A stretch of 64,000 nt of DNA from Trichoplax adhaerens (taxonomy: Eukaryota; Animalia; Placozoa), in assembly GCF_000150275.1 (NCBI RefSeq), contig NW_002060944.1, positions 7,317,388-7,381,387 of the forward strand, read 5' to 3'. Each line of letters starts with the position of its first letter. Position 1 is the first letter of the stretch. A program made the position numbers and the translations under genes. The notes beneath the pieces are model-generated. The model ran no database searches. It saw only the letters and a program-made list of their open reading frames with translations, and was not told the origin of the DNA. Shown one piece after another: positions 12,401 through 25,882 of this stretch.

Positions 12401-15400
12401 GTTGATGGTAGTATAACAGTCGAAGGTTTACTAAGTTCTACGACATCTTCCGTATTGCCGAATTTCCATACAAGTACAATTGAATATGTTACATTATCAC
12501 AGTCACAGTCCTCTACTCTCTTAAATTTTGGCAGTAGTTCGCCAAGTATTGATTCATTAGGATCCGTTACAGCTGCTACAGCTTTACTCTCAAACTTAGA
12601 TTCAACTATATCTTTGCAGTCGTCAGAATATATGACAGCGTCGGCTTCGGTTCCTCTGATTTTATCTTCTACAGCTTTACTCTCAAACATAGATTCAACT
12701 GTATCTTTGCAGTCGTCAGAATATATGACGGCGTCCGCTTCGGTTCCTCTAATTTCATCTTCTACAGCTTTACTCTCAAACTTAGATTCAACTTTATCTT
12801 TGCAGTCGTCAGAATATATGACAGCGTCCGCTTCGGTTCCTCTGATTTTATCATCGTTGCGTAATACAATCGATTCTTCTGCGGTTGTTAATCTAGCTAG
12901 CTCGGTCAAATATACATCATCAGTTTTCGATGTAAGGTTAACTTCCTCTATGTATTCATCTGGTTACTCGACGACTAAAGTACCAATTGCCAGCTCTGGT
13001 AAAGTAGCAGCGATTGCATCTAATTATCTAACTGATAATATAACTTTCGTATAATTATTTTTTGTTAAAAGTTTTTAAACATATTTCTTGAAATCAGATA
13101 CGGTATTCTAGTTACTTATGATTCCATAAAATTCTTCTGCAACTCATATAGCCTCGATTGCTTCGATTGATTCGATTCCTGGAACCAGTTACCTTACGAG
13201 TAGCTCTGCAATGATTTCAACGCAAATACTAGAATCAGCGACAATTGTGCCATCAACCATATCAGAAGGTGTGTAACAGTATGACTATAACGATTTTAAA
13301 GTGTAGCCACGGATGCCGCTCTTTGCTTACAAAGAATTTATTTGATAATTGTTTAAATATTAAGTAACGATGAATAGTTTAATGATCATGCGTTCATCGA
13401 ATTTACAGCTATAGTAACTTCTTCAAAGTTACCTGGCGTTTATGATTGTTCCGTCGATATTAACTTATGCCACGTTAACGCAATCTGTACTAACACATCT
13501 GGGTTGTATAATTGTTTATGCGAATCTGGATTTACTGGAAATGGCACATATTGTACAGGTTTGAAAGCTATTTAAGCAGTTATAAAAGCTACGTTATAAT
13601 ATAGCAACATTTTAGTTTTATTAGTTAATATTGCAAATATTAAGTTTCAATTTCCTAATTGTGGATGAAAGTGAATGTAATGCCACTATATTCACGTTTA
13701 CGAGGGTCATTAGCGTTAATTATATATAATTTAAGTCGATGTTAACATTTAGCCTTTTATGCTTTCTATGCGTAGATATTAATGAGTGCTTAGATAACCT
13801 TGATAACTGTAGTACTAATGCTACGTGCATTAATACCAGTGGTTCATTTAACTGCTCGTGTAACCAAGGGTACCTAGGAGATGGAGTTACTTGCGTTGGT
13901 AAATTCTGATTGATTAGCCATTAATAAAATGATAATCAGAATGTAATTGAAGAAATTATTATCAATGAACATTGCTTATTGATAAGTGATTCTGTTGATA
14001 GATATAAATGAATGCCAAACTGGTACAGATCATTGTCATACCAACGCTTCATGTCAGAACACTATAGGATCCTATGCTTGTTTATGCAAAATAGGTTTTA
14101 CTGGCAATGGAATAACTTGCAATGGTATTTAATCATCTTTACTTTGTTACCAGTTGTGAAGCTTATAGTTTATTGGCAATGAGTTATGCAATATCATTAT
14201 TGATAGCTTTATTTTATGTAAAAGCTATAAATTATTCTTTTACATTTATAGATATTGATGAATGTTTAATGAATCAAAGCAATTGTCATAGTAAGGCCAA
14301 CTGCATAAATTCAATTGGTTCGTATGCATGCTCTTGCATAGTAGGATATACTGGTAATGGTCGAAATTGTCAAGGTAGTAATGAAATCGCAAGTTTATGA
14401 TTTCTGCTGATATTTAATGCATTAATAATTATATTGTTCTTAAAATCTATATCTAGATATCAATGAGTGCACCACCAATAATCAATGTCATAGTAATAGT
14501 ACCTGTAATAATACTATCGGTTCCTATACATGTTCATGTATGTCTGGATTTGAGGGCAATGGTACATACTGTCAAGGTACGTTCTTTGTTTCGATATCTA
14601 GTTGTAAAGCATCTATGAATTTATTCCCAACAATATTTGTACTTTTCATTTCTAGATATCGATGAATGCTCAACCAATCAGCATCAGTGTCATCATAACG
14701 CAACATGTATTAATCTTTATGGCTCATATGAGTGCAGTTGCTCTTCTGGATTTCTTGGTAATGGTAGGAGTTGTTCAGGTTAGTGACGGGGTGGCTTCTT
14801 TTGCTTTGGTGATTATACTTTCATAGATAATATTTCAGTAGTTTATAAGTACTGTTCATCAGCTTAAATTATTGCATCTAGATATCAACGAGTGCAACAG
14901 TGGACATACCTGTAGTCGATTAGCGACTTGCTATAATACCCCTGGATCTTATTATTGTGTTTGCAACTATGGTTTGCAAGGCAATGGATTTCAATGCGTT
15001 CAAGAAGGTAATCCCAATTTTACGTAATATCCCTGACTATTGGCCAGGTTTCCATTGATTACCACAGCACGCATTGAACCTCAATCGATGCTAAATATTT
15101 TAGCTACTAGGTTATATCCTTACGGAGCACAATTTGGGGATAGATCGTTTGGTAGAACGGATCAAGGCTATAGATATCTATATTTAAGGGAGCCGATTTC
15201 ATATATGCAAACATCATACAGAGGATTATACGTAAATAGACTGAATGATACTAATGATACTTCGTAGTAATACCAATCAAACTAACTTAGTTAAATTACT
15301 GTATGATTGTAATAATCACATAAATATATGTATTTCACGACTTCCAATTGCAATATTTCCTTTTGGTAATAATTAAAGTGTGTTGATTTAATACTCAGAT

Positions 15401-18400
15401 CTCTGTTGATGGAGTTATTTCGTTGGGATTTCCATATCCGGGCTTTACAACCCGTCCGTTTCCAAGGCCACTTAACCGTGCAATCATTGCACCATACTTT
15501 GCTGATTCCGATCTTCGAAGGCAAAGCGTATCTCATGTTTACTACCAGCAATACTTAAGCTACCAACAGACTCCAATATCAGATGAAATTCTCAGGAACG
15601 CTACTAATGATGTCAATCGATTTCAACAGCTAATGGCCAACGATACTAATAATGCCTTGTATGGTATATTTCGGAAAACGGTGAACAACTTTACGGCAAC
15701 TCATGTTGTTGTCATTACTTGGTACAAATTGGTCGCTTATCCATATTGGTATTACTGGAATCGCCTTCCTCGTGAGGTAAGCTCACTCTCTTAAGAATAG
15801 CGGGATACAGTAGTTACTTATTAAGGTTTTATCTTTAATAATTTATGAGGTAGTATCACTTTCAATAATTAATTATTGATTTTGTGGTCAATTTTGCCTC
15901 TTTTAGTTATTTATAGTGCAATAATTGCGGACATGGATAAATTGTAGCGTTTATATTATATATATATATATATATATTGTAGTTGCTAATTACCCCTTAC
16001 GATTTTCTGTATAGTATAACACGTTTCAATTGGTATTGATATCAAATGGAAAGAATCTCTTCAGTTTGTTTAATTATGAAATTAACGGTTTCAACTGGTG
16101 GAAAAGAACCCCATGGATTAGAGCACGTATCGGTTATTCTTATGGATTGGCACCTTATTATTACGAAATACCTTGGTCGCAAAGAAGAAATACAAAACTC
16201 CTCAGGATTGATCAATATCGAGGCAATACAGGAGAAATTGGCAAATGGGCTTTCCGAGTGGACGATCCCGATGTCCAACATGTTAATTACGCTACTCAGT
16301 GCAGTCGATGGTATAATGCGCAAGCATATTCTATTTACTATCGGCGATCATTACCAGCGTGTCCTTGCCGAGCAGCACAAGCTATTGCGGATCCCAGATT
16401 TAGATACAACCGAAGAACTGGTTGCGCTACATCTCGATTTTCTTTTCCAGGTTGGGGATGGCGGTGGACATGGCCGTCGAGGTATAGCAACTTGTGGTCG
16501 AGACCGCCAAGGGTAATTGTTTTTCAAAATTGAAGATGGAACAAAGAAGAGCGTACGCTTGCAAATGTCATTCATTAACTTTTTTAATTTGACTATATCC
16601 CAAATTAGGTCTGGCAACGCTGTTGTTATTCTACAAATAGAAATAGGGCAGGCGCATTAATACGTTCCTATCCGACGGGCAGCTCATTTGTTTATGTTAC
16701 GCGTTCCCTTCGGCTAGCTGATGAAGAAGCTTATAAAGCATGCTGTAAACTATCGCGTTTATGCAACCTGTATCAGAATAGAAGACCAATTGATACTTGT
16801 AGAAATTACAGGCCACCTCGTTGGTGTAAGTCTACTATTTACTGTACTATATATAGTGAAATATCTTCTCTCCAGTTGCTCATCAGTTCTTGATATGGAT
16901 ATATCATAGATTAATACGCCTCCAATTCACCTGTCTGTACTTATATTCTTAGAGGCAAATTTAGTTATAAAACTGTCCTTTTATCACTGATGTAATTTCT
17001 TAAATATATGTTATAGCGTGGATGTGGGGTGATCCACATATTCAAACACTAGATGGTAAATCATATACATTTAATGGCGTTGGAGAGTACACATTGTTAG
17101 AATCGGATAACAATTTCTTCACACTTCAAGGACGTACTAGAAGGCCTTACATTACGAATACGACGCAGTTGGCTAAAGGAAGTGTTTTTTCAGCTTTTGC
17201 TATGTCTAAAAATGATTCAGATACTGTTGAAGTAAAGCTAAATGCCATTACTAATACAGTTACAATCACTGTAAATAAAAATTCTACCTACAATGATACC
17301 CATCTCCTCAATGACACTGTGTTATCGTTCAACAATCTTGAAATATCCAAACAGGACACGAAATATTTAGTTTCATTTACATCTGGTATAACGGCGGAGA
17401 TTGAGATAGTAACTAAAACACTGGTCATTTCACTTGTAACTTCTCAATCAATATTTGGAATCACCAAAGGACTATTAGGAACTTTTAACGGCAATGTAAC
17501 AGATGATTTCTTGCGTCCTGATGGAACTTACCTCAACATTAATGCTACAGACCGAGAAATTTATCATCAATTTGGCCAGCTATGTAAGTCCATTAAATAT
17601 TTAAATCTCATATGCATATCTTTATTTTGCATAAAGGCTTTTCTGCAACCTATTGCAACGATATAATATAGTGATTCAATTATTTTGTATTCATGCCTCA
17701 TCTGGGAAGCTATTTTGCCTCGATCTATATGTAAATTTAACAAATTTTCAAGCCTATTATACTACTGTACTATAAGATGCAGATTACCCTTACATTCTAA
17801 ATCATATAGACTCAATTTGCACATAATAAGGTGGTTTTCGGAGTCTTTTCCATTAGTAACGCTATAATGCCCTACAACCTTACTTTCAGCTCTTATATGT
17901 AGAACAAATGTCTCTACAATCTAAGTGGGGAAGCAATCAATCTGAATAAGCAACAAGATAGTAAGATTTAACTTCGTAAAGTAGTCTTCCTCGTACACCT
18001 TAGCAATAACGAAAAGTAACTTTACTTACCGATATCCAAGCTCTTTATTAATAGCTACTGTATGAAGATTACATACATCCTCTTTAACCACGCCTTAATC
18101 CTTTTATGGTAGTTATACAGCATACACATTATCGTTAAATCGAAAATAAAATTGAAACACTCATACAATAGTAGTTACTTCGAAAAATTTTCCATGTTTT
18201 CCTTTTCTAGATAGGCTCTTCACCTAATTACGTACAGTATTACCTTTTCGCAAATAGCAGGGTCTTGCTATCAACAACATCAGTATGACTTTAATATACT
18301 TCTGGTATTAGAAAATGGTGTAGATATTCAGAATTTTTCAAGGTCCTATTTGGATGTAACTTTTTAGAGTAATTGGCATTTTATTATGACTATTTGCATT

Positions 18401-21400
18401 ATGTAATGTTATAATCCTGCCTCAAATTGTTATTACCCCTTGATATTTACATGTAGTTCCCTAGGATAAAGAATTGTCATCACCTGTTAATTTCAACATG
18501 AGTTCTAGTAGTAGACTGAACGTTCTCTTCATAAAAAATTGCGCCTAGTTATTATTATCAGTGATGCTTATACGGTAATAGCTCATTTATCTCGTTTTAA
18601 TTGGTCGTCCGACAAGGCAATACGCTACTTGCGGTTTTTTAACGAATTAAATTTTTATGGTATCTCTACCTATTTTTAGTATATTCGAAACTTGATGATT
18701 TACTGCATATTCTTCTATTATGCATGGTTTTATTCATCCATGCATTAGTTAAAGTTTAGAATCTTTTTTCACATACTCTTAATCATCAGGCTGTTAATGT
18801 TATCTAATAAGCCTCTCAACGTATGCCTTGAAACTAGTTATATTAGATCGATAATGCGATTTAATGTTGCTTTTTGTCATGCTTTGACTTTAGGGCAAAT
18901 AAATGCGAGCTCATCATTGTTTAGTTACTCTCCTGGTATGGGAACGGGCAACTACAGCGATCCATCTTTTATACCAAACTTTTCCAAGGATATTAACGTG
19001 ATATTCGAAAATAATACAGAGATTCGCGATCAAGCAATTCAATTATGTAAAGGTGACAGCGCTTGTCTCTTTGACGCTGCGGAAACTCTAAGTATTCCAG
19101 TCGCTGTTAGCGGTAAGAACATTTCACAAGCTATTGCGACCACTCAAGCTGATATAAGTAAGTCTTTATATGCCAATAGAAGATTTTTAATAATCACTTT
19201 TTGTCACTGCAATAAACGATATCAATTCAAATTTACAGTTGTTTTCCCGCCTACAATAACTGGTCAAAGTATTTTTAATGTTACCTATGGACAGACTTTT
19301 ACTACAACATTAAATGCTACTGATCCTAATGGCAAGGAAACATTAACGGTGACCTCGGTTAATTTACCCCTTGGTGCGTCAGTTGACAATCAAACAAATA
19401 CCTTTACTTGGGATGTTAGTACATACGAGAATTTGTCCTTCGAGTTTGCTGTTACCAATTCCAAAAATTTATCAGCTATTTTCAAACCATCTGTTGTTAT
19501 GTGCTATTGTGCCAATAACGGAACGTGTCAGTACGAGTAAGTTTTTGTGATAATCCCTTGAATAGATTGAACAATTGTTTCCCTTAATGAAATAACGAAT
19601 AAATATATCGATTAATTGCGGCATGAATATTGATTACAACAAGATTTAAGAATAAAGAATTATTAGGGAACGTCTAGTTTTACTGTTTTTAATATTTTTA
19701 TGGTACCGCAATATCTTGCTACTGCTAATTTGATGACTTTGACATTGACATACGGCTTTATAGCTAACGAAAGCATGAAATTAATATTAACGCCTTTTCT
19801 TTGCAATTTCCATTCTTGAAGCGTCGAGTTTGTAACTATAAATGATACAGGATATGCTGTATGCCAGTGTAGCGCAGGATGGGTTGGTACATTTTGTACT
19901 GAAAGACTAGATGAATGTGCTGGTAGTCCTTGTTATGAAAATGTGACCTGCACCCTGGTACCGGCGCCTGGTATCGGATTTACGTGCGGACCATGTCCTG
20001 GCGGTTTGCAAGGCGATGGAGAGAAATGTTTCGGTAAGTAAATATATACCGTAAGCTTACCTTTTAAATCACCTTATAACTTTTGGTTAATGTATCGTTA
20101 GATAATTGACGTAATGAAAATCATGTTAGGTCCTACTGAATTTTTGCTTTGTATATAGCTAACGGCATAAATTATATACAACTTCATGCCAGCTAATCTC
20201 AGCTATACTTTGCTATGATTTATGTGCTGTACTCATCAAGACATTAATGAATGCGAAACTGGAGACAATCTTTGCAACCAGACTTGCATTAATACGGTTG
20301 GTAATTATTCATGCCAATGTCAAGCAGGATTTGAACTTGATACAAACAATTTGGACTGTAAAGGTATTCATCAAGTAATATTTCGGTATCGACCCATCTA
20401 TTAAATATGCTTATTAGTGTGGTAGTCAGGCTCTCTATGATACTCCAGCTAGCTGTACTAACCTAAAATTCGTTGCATAAAACTTTGATGCTCTTTCGGT
20501 AAAACTTTAGGACTTAATAATATCTTTTGTTTTAATAGTTTGTATATCTAACTTTCTATCATCTAGATATTGATGAATGTGCCATCACTCAACGCTGTCA
20601 TCAAATCTGTATCAACGATTATGGTAGTTATAGTTGCGAATGCAGACCAGGATATACATTAAATAGCGATAATAAAACATGCTCACGTAAGTTATAGCTT
20701 TCGTAAATCGATTAGGTACTTATTTATATGATAAGATTTTTATTTTTTTGCTCTTTAGCCATTGTAACATGCAATTCTACCGCAAGCAATTGCACACAGT
20801 TATGCGCTGTAATCAACAATACGATTACTTGTAGTTGCAATCTTGGATATAGCTTAGCCGCAGATCAAGTCACCTGCATAGGTATCAAAATATGCATGAT
20901 ATTTTAAAGCATAGAGTTTATAACAGTAAGAAAATTAGATCATTTAATTAATCTTTTCTCAACATTCGTGATGCAAGATGAAAATGAATGTGAGAACAAC
21001 CCTACAATTTGTGCAGATAATTGTACTAATACAGAAGGTAGCTACTACTGTAGCTGCCGCACTGGCTATCAACTTAACACTGATAGGAGAACTTGTCGAG
21101 GTAATGAACAGCAATAAGAATATTTTTAGTTCTGACGTTACGTGCAGGTTACGAAAAGATCTGACGTAACAAGACACTGCGGTACTGCTTAACATCGAGC
21201 ATGATGTAATTCTTATCATTTTGATTATTGCTTGGCAATATTTCAGATATCGATGAATGTAGCAATAGTGGATTATGTCCGAGCAATTCCATCTGTGTTA
21301 ATAGCCTCGGCTCTTTCAGCTGTGATTGTGTCGAAGGTTTTATTGCTACTGGAGGAATTTGTCAAGGTAGAATTAGGATTTGGTTAACATTTCGTACCGT

Positions 21401-24400
21401 CAAATTGACAAATTGCGTATTTCGATAAAATCTTCATGAAATTGATTTGGGCTTCACTTGATTGTAGATATCGATGAATGTATCCGTCCCGATCTTAATC
21501 TTTGCAGTCGTAATGCAATATGTGTAAATTTTGCTGGTAGTTACAATTGTTTGTGCGATAGTGGTTTTCAGGGAAATGGTATCATTTGTGCAGGTTTTAA
21601 TAACAGTGATTTTATATCTGTTCTAGTTTTTTAACGAAACTGCGAATTGAGCAATGCTTTTTAATTTTCTTCCGTTACTCTATAAAGATATCAATGAGTG
21701 CAATAACGCTAACATATGTGCAAAAGAAACTACTTGTAATAACCTCGTTGGTAGTTACCAATGTATTTGTAACAACGGATATACTGGAAATGGAACTGTT
21801 TGTACCGGTAATTTTATTGCTCGATGTCGATATTATTTTTACTCCATAAAATAGCCTTCATTAAGTTAATAGGTTACTGCAAGAGTCTGGTTCTTATCTC
21901 TAATTCTAAATTTATCGATGACGGATTTATTAGATATCAATGAATGCGATAATTCGTCAAGTTGCAGAAAGGAGGAAATTTGTCACAATACTCTGGGTAG
22001 CTATTACTGCACTTGTAAAAAAGGCTTTTATACAAAACGAAGCCCAAATGCTACCACAACAAGTTGTCAAGGTAATTAAAATTTAAAATAGTTGAAAGCG
22101 CTAAGCTATTGCTACATTTATGAAGTATATGAAATGTTGAGAAATGCATCTTTTGCAAAGGAACTAATTACAATCCCATGATTTCTACAGTAAATTACGG
22201 TCAACTTCGATATATTAATTTTGGCATCAATCAGATACTTTTAAGATGAAATATATAATTAGTGAAGATAAATACGAAAAATTAGAGGCGTTAATTTCGT
22301 TATTTGTTTCGTTTTGTTGTATGTAGCACGAATATCTTAGTTTCACCGTATGTTGTAACATCGAATATATACAGGCATACTTAAAAGTTTTCGGCGCAGG
22401 CGCTCATAGTGGACGTATAAACTTAGCATTTTCTGCGATTTTACGTATAATAAAATCATAGGTCTAATAAAGTAATCTGTAATCATTAAAACTTTGGCTA
22501 AATGTATTTCCTTTTCGCTAATAATTGCAATACTGATAGGGTCACGTGCCCAACTACATTATACTGTTTGTAGACTTAATAAATCAAAGAAAGTAGAGTG
22601 AATTCTGCAATGATATCATATATATTAGGATAGTAATGTAAAGCCACTGAGCGCACTTTTGCATAGGCTTGAGTATTTACGGATCTTTTCTCGACTTAGA
22701 AATCCGGTAAAATTAATAGGATACTAACGATAGTGATAATAATCGCTAATTAGGAATAAAATTATGCTTAGCATAAGTGCAAGCGCGAATAAATTTGGAT
22801 TTTTTTATCTCAATACCTAAAACTTAAAATTCCCTTATTAGCTGGCTTATACTACACTGGATTAATCATACTTAATGGTACGTTTACAACTGACCTGAAC
22901 AATCCCCTCAGTCAGGCATATTTATCATTAACATCCGAAGCTTATTCCAAGGTAAAAACTTATGATTAAATATTACCTTCAAGAGGTCATTTTTACAAAT
23001 ATTAAGCGGTGCTTCATAACTACCATTGACATTTTCAAATCGGTAAATTAATTCTTGATGTTTTGCGTAGGTGAATGCAGCCTTAATGGTAGACGTTAGA
23101 ACACAGTATGCGGTTCAGCAAGTCACAATTGTTAATTTGAGGTAAAACTATTTATATGGTCAACTTAGCTGTATAATTACTATTTTATGATACAAATACT
23201 TATCTAAGAATTGTTTTATAGTTAGCAAGTATGTAAGAATTTATAATAAATATCATAACACTTCAAAATTTCTCTTACCATTTATCCAGGCTAGGAAACG
23301 GAACCATACTTATCGATCTTTCTGTGACGCTATTACAAAATTCTACGTTTGTGACGCTGCAATTATTAGATGTTATCACTGGTCAGAGCGTCAAGCAAAT
23401 TCGCAGCTATCCTGTTCAATCAATTATTTTTCAAGGTATTCTATTAAAATGAATTTAAATTAATATACAAAATTTATTTTTATCGAAGTTACATAAATTA
23501 CACATCTATGTGAATCCGTATTAACCGGAGAATATAGAGTTCGATCTATTTTTTTTATAAAGTAGATCGATAGTTTGTGGATTCTACAGTAACAGGTTTA
23601 GACGAATTTTAATTGTCGATTACGAATAACGTGGTTTTCTTCGTACTTTGTACTTCTACAGGATATGTCTAAGATACTTAATACACTCTATAGTGTAAAT
23701 GCTTGCATATACTTATATTCACACAGATACGTAATCTGTACTAGGAAAAATAATAGTAAATTCAATCAGACCACCCTGAGCTTTTATAGTATAGTAGACA
23801 ATCATTCAATAGTTGTAAAGCATCACGGTAACACCGTTTATCTTCCTTTATTCATATGACATAAAAATTTAAGTAATTAAAAATTAATTAAATTTATCAA
23901 AACCATAGGTATGTAAATCGTACTCTACGATGTATACCTATCGTCCATAACTCTAACAATCTTGATCGTACTTCATATGGTATACTGTTCAATAAAGGAT
24001 AGAATAATCTGCTGGTATATGGCTGTAGTGTATTAAGACATACAGTTTTACACTACATACTATCACTGTATTGCATACACAAAACTACTGTAATTAGCTG
24101 AAATCACTACAATGGTGCTACTCATTTTGCAATAGTAGCTAGTAGATATGAGGCTTACAATAATTTACTTCCAATACTAGCGATGGACATGAATACTAAG
24201 CTCAACATGACAGTACTTTTGTAAAATAAAAACCAATTTTTCGATTAAAAAAACTGAGCGACGTCGACTTAATTATTGGAATAAAAATTCATTTCTATAG
24301 ATTACAATCAATGCGCTGATCCGCAGGCCAATTCATGTTCCAATCTACAAAACTGCACTCAAAAGCGCGGCTCATTCGAATGTCATTGTATTTCTGGCTA

Positions 24401-25882
24401 TCAACTAGACTCTCAAACCAATCAATGTCAAGGTAGATAGTTGTGTAGCTTTGAAGCCATTGTCGTATTTATTAACCCTTCTATTATGTTGTAGTACTTA
24501 TAATGATTATATTACTACTGATTTGTATCATCTTCATTTGGTCGTGAAGATATGTATTAAGGTTTCACATTCGTCTTTTATAAATGTAATATCTAGATAT
24601 CGACGAATGTTTGAATTCTTCCACCCTTTGTGCAAATAATTCTGCTTGTTTAAACACTGTTGGTGGATTTCGGTGTCAGTGTGAAAACGGATATAGTGGT
24701 GACGGCATTACAGGATGCACATGTAGGTTCATCTTTTATGGACTTCTTAATGTACACTGTACAGATCTAATAATCTGTACTAATTGATCCTTATTACAAT
24801 GGTTTATTATAGTTTCATGTCCGAGAGACCGGTGTCAAAATGGTGGAACTTGTTTCTATTCTAATGGTACCTTCCTTTGCAAGTGCGTAACCGCTACAAT
24901 TTTAACGTTAAGCAATTAGGCGATGGTAACTTACTGCTATTTACTTTGATAGAAGATGAGCATAACGTAAATTATATTTATTTCAGTTGCTTAACTGGAT
25001 TCGATGGTCCGTCTTGTGAGAGTACGAATCTGCAATTTAGTAAGTGTTGAGATCATTAAGATCGCAAATATCATACTGGAGATAGCGAACTGATATTAAA
25101 ATTCTTATTATATTGACTTATGATATTAGCTTCTCAAACCATTATCATCGCCATCGGTTCAGCTGGAGGGATTTTAATATTACTTTTAATGTTAATTGTT
25201 ATTGGTCTTTGGTATCGTCGTCGGAAAGAGTACGTAAATATAAGCTTTGTAAATATATTAATTTGTATACTAGTTTCAGCGAGAATCATCTTTGTATTTT
25301 ACTTATGGATTTATTGCCAGTGTATTTGATTTGCGATATACTATCCGTATACAAAGATAAATACAACCGTAAGATATTTTTCGTAACTATGTAGCTATCT
25401 CTATGTCATTTCTCGGTAATCTTATTTAAATATGAGTAGTCCCATACCAATTTTATGTACGAATGACAATTAAAAACTCCGTATATGTAGACTTTCGCAA
25501 TTTTCATAGTTATCTGACCTTGTTTAATATTTGTACTACTGCTAATTCGTGATATTATTTATAATAATGAATTACTTTTAATTTTTCCGGTCTTAGCGCA
25601 AAATATAAAATAGACCCACCGGATGAGAGCAACGATTTCGACTCTTTTACCGATAGTGAATCAAGCCAGGAAGAGGTTGCCGTTCCCCTTCGGCAACACA
25701 GTCAGAAACCAGAAAGACAAACAGGAAGTATTATAACCCTATTTACAACACAGCCGAGTAAAAGTAGACCAACGGATATTAGGACTGTTAGAATATCAGA
25801 GATAAATGTCGCGCAAGAACGAGGGAAACCGGAAGAAATAGATGAAGATGATGATAAAGAAGTGATAGCAAATGTCCTGTAA
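3382..25882 (+). CDS. Gene A: multi-exon MUC4-like transmembrane mucin (signal peptide, S/T-rich region, 7 EGF, NIDO, AMOP, VWD, EGF array, SEA, 3 EGF, TM, tail); roughly 3,600 aa by hand estimate
   Basis: Hand-assembled GT-AG exons: 3382-3478, 4766-4831, 6222-6293, 6451 or 6521-7000, 7326-7409, 7511-7732, 7919-8167, eight 321-nt repeat exons 8277-11409, 11490-12998, 13112 or 13152-13268, EGF exons 13409-15007, NIDO/AMOP 15104-16825, VWD 17017-17583, 18894-19157, 19239-19536, EGF exons 19822-22071, SEA 22842-23435, EGF exons from 24301, TM 25130-25229, last exon 25597-25882 (TAA). Motifs DI[ND][21 protein letters not shown] and WGDPH. Exon-by-exon collinearity with gene B. Confidence 0.9.
4180..4700. 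repeat. Degenerate intronic tandem repeat, 4 copies of about 130-145 nt
   Basis: Core approximating GTYACAGATCCTAGAGTYGTTTCACTACAGTAAT recurs at about 4192, 4327, 4472 and 4601. Confidence 0.8.
8277..11584 (+). repeat. Gene A exon-intron tandem array: 8 full units of 401-402 nt (321-nt exon, 80-81-nt intron) plus a partial ninth
   Basis: Exons start at 8277, 8679, 9080, 9482, 9883, 10285, 10687 and 11089 (TAG|ACGATATT ... TCGTCAG|GTTAG). Each encodes 107 aa [14 protein letters not shown]...ASVIASSG. Partial copy at 11490-11584. Confidence 0.97.
11490..12998 (+). CDS. Gene A large unique Ser/Thr-rich mucin exon (1509 nt)
   Basis: Acceptor at 11489 is in frame with ORF 11624..13054; phase-1 donor TCTG|GTAAAG at 12998. 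Confidence 0.85.
12578..12856 (+). repeat. Intra-exonic coding repeat, 3 x 93 nt (31 aa [31 protein letters not shown])
   Basis: ACAGCTTTACTCTCAAAC at 12578, 12671 and 12764. Confidence 0.95.
13409..15007 (+). CDS. Gene A N-terminal EGF block, 7 single-exon EGF/cbEGF domains
   Basis: Phase 1-1 exons at 13409, 13776, 14002, 14252, 14457, 14656 and 14882, each with 6 Cys; six begin DI[ND]EC. Confidence 0.92.
15104..16825 (+). CDS. Gene A NIDO and AMOP domain exons
   Basis: Exons 15104-15231 (RLYPYG..GD), 15399-15776 ([14 protein letters not shown]), 16015-16512 ([38 protein letters not shown]) and 16609-16825 (QRCCY, CC..C..Y..RRP..C..YRPP). Confidence 0.9.
17017..19536 (+). CDS. Gene A VWD domain with GDPH site, followed by Cys-rich and Ig/cadherin-like segments
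   Basis: [22 protein letters not shown]...[21 protein letters not shown]...FGQLW; then C.GDSACLFD and FPPTITG...ATDPNG...LPLGASVD...FTW. Confidence 0.92.
19822..22071 (+). CDS. Gene A C-terminal EGF array exons
   Basis: Successive exons of about 120-140 nt with D[IE][ND]EC and 6 Cys, collinear with 45200-47623. Confidence 0.88.
22842..23435 (+). CDS. Gene A SEA domain (3 exons)
   Basis: [30 protein letters not shown]...VTIVNLR|[12 protein letters not shown] matches the SEA pattern F..DL.N..S..Y..L ... R.GS[IV]V. Confidence 0.75.
25130..25229 (+). CDS. Gene A transmembrane exon
   Basis: [26 protein letters not shown] followed by RRRK stop-transfer; 100 nt, same length as gene B TM exon. Confidence 0.9.

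Noticed and set aside
11680-12909. Minus-strand ORFs (also 7518-7727, 60301-60549, 60809-61033)
   Set aside because: Antisense shadows of Ser/Thr-rich coding exons, with no independent features.
15953-15977. (TA)n tracts (also about 46483-46500)
   Set aside because: Ordinary intronic microsatellites.
16046-16516. Overlapping 156-aa alternative-frame ORF in the NIDO/AMOP exon
   Set aside because: No equivalent ORF is listed for the paralogous exon of gene B and no recognisable motif is present.
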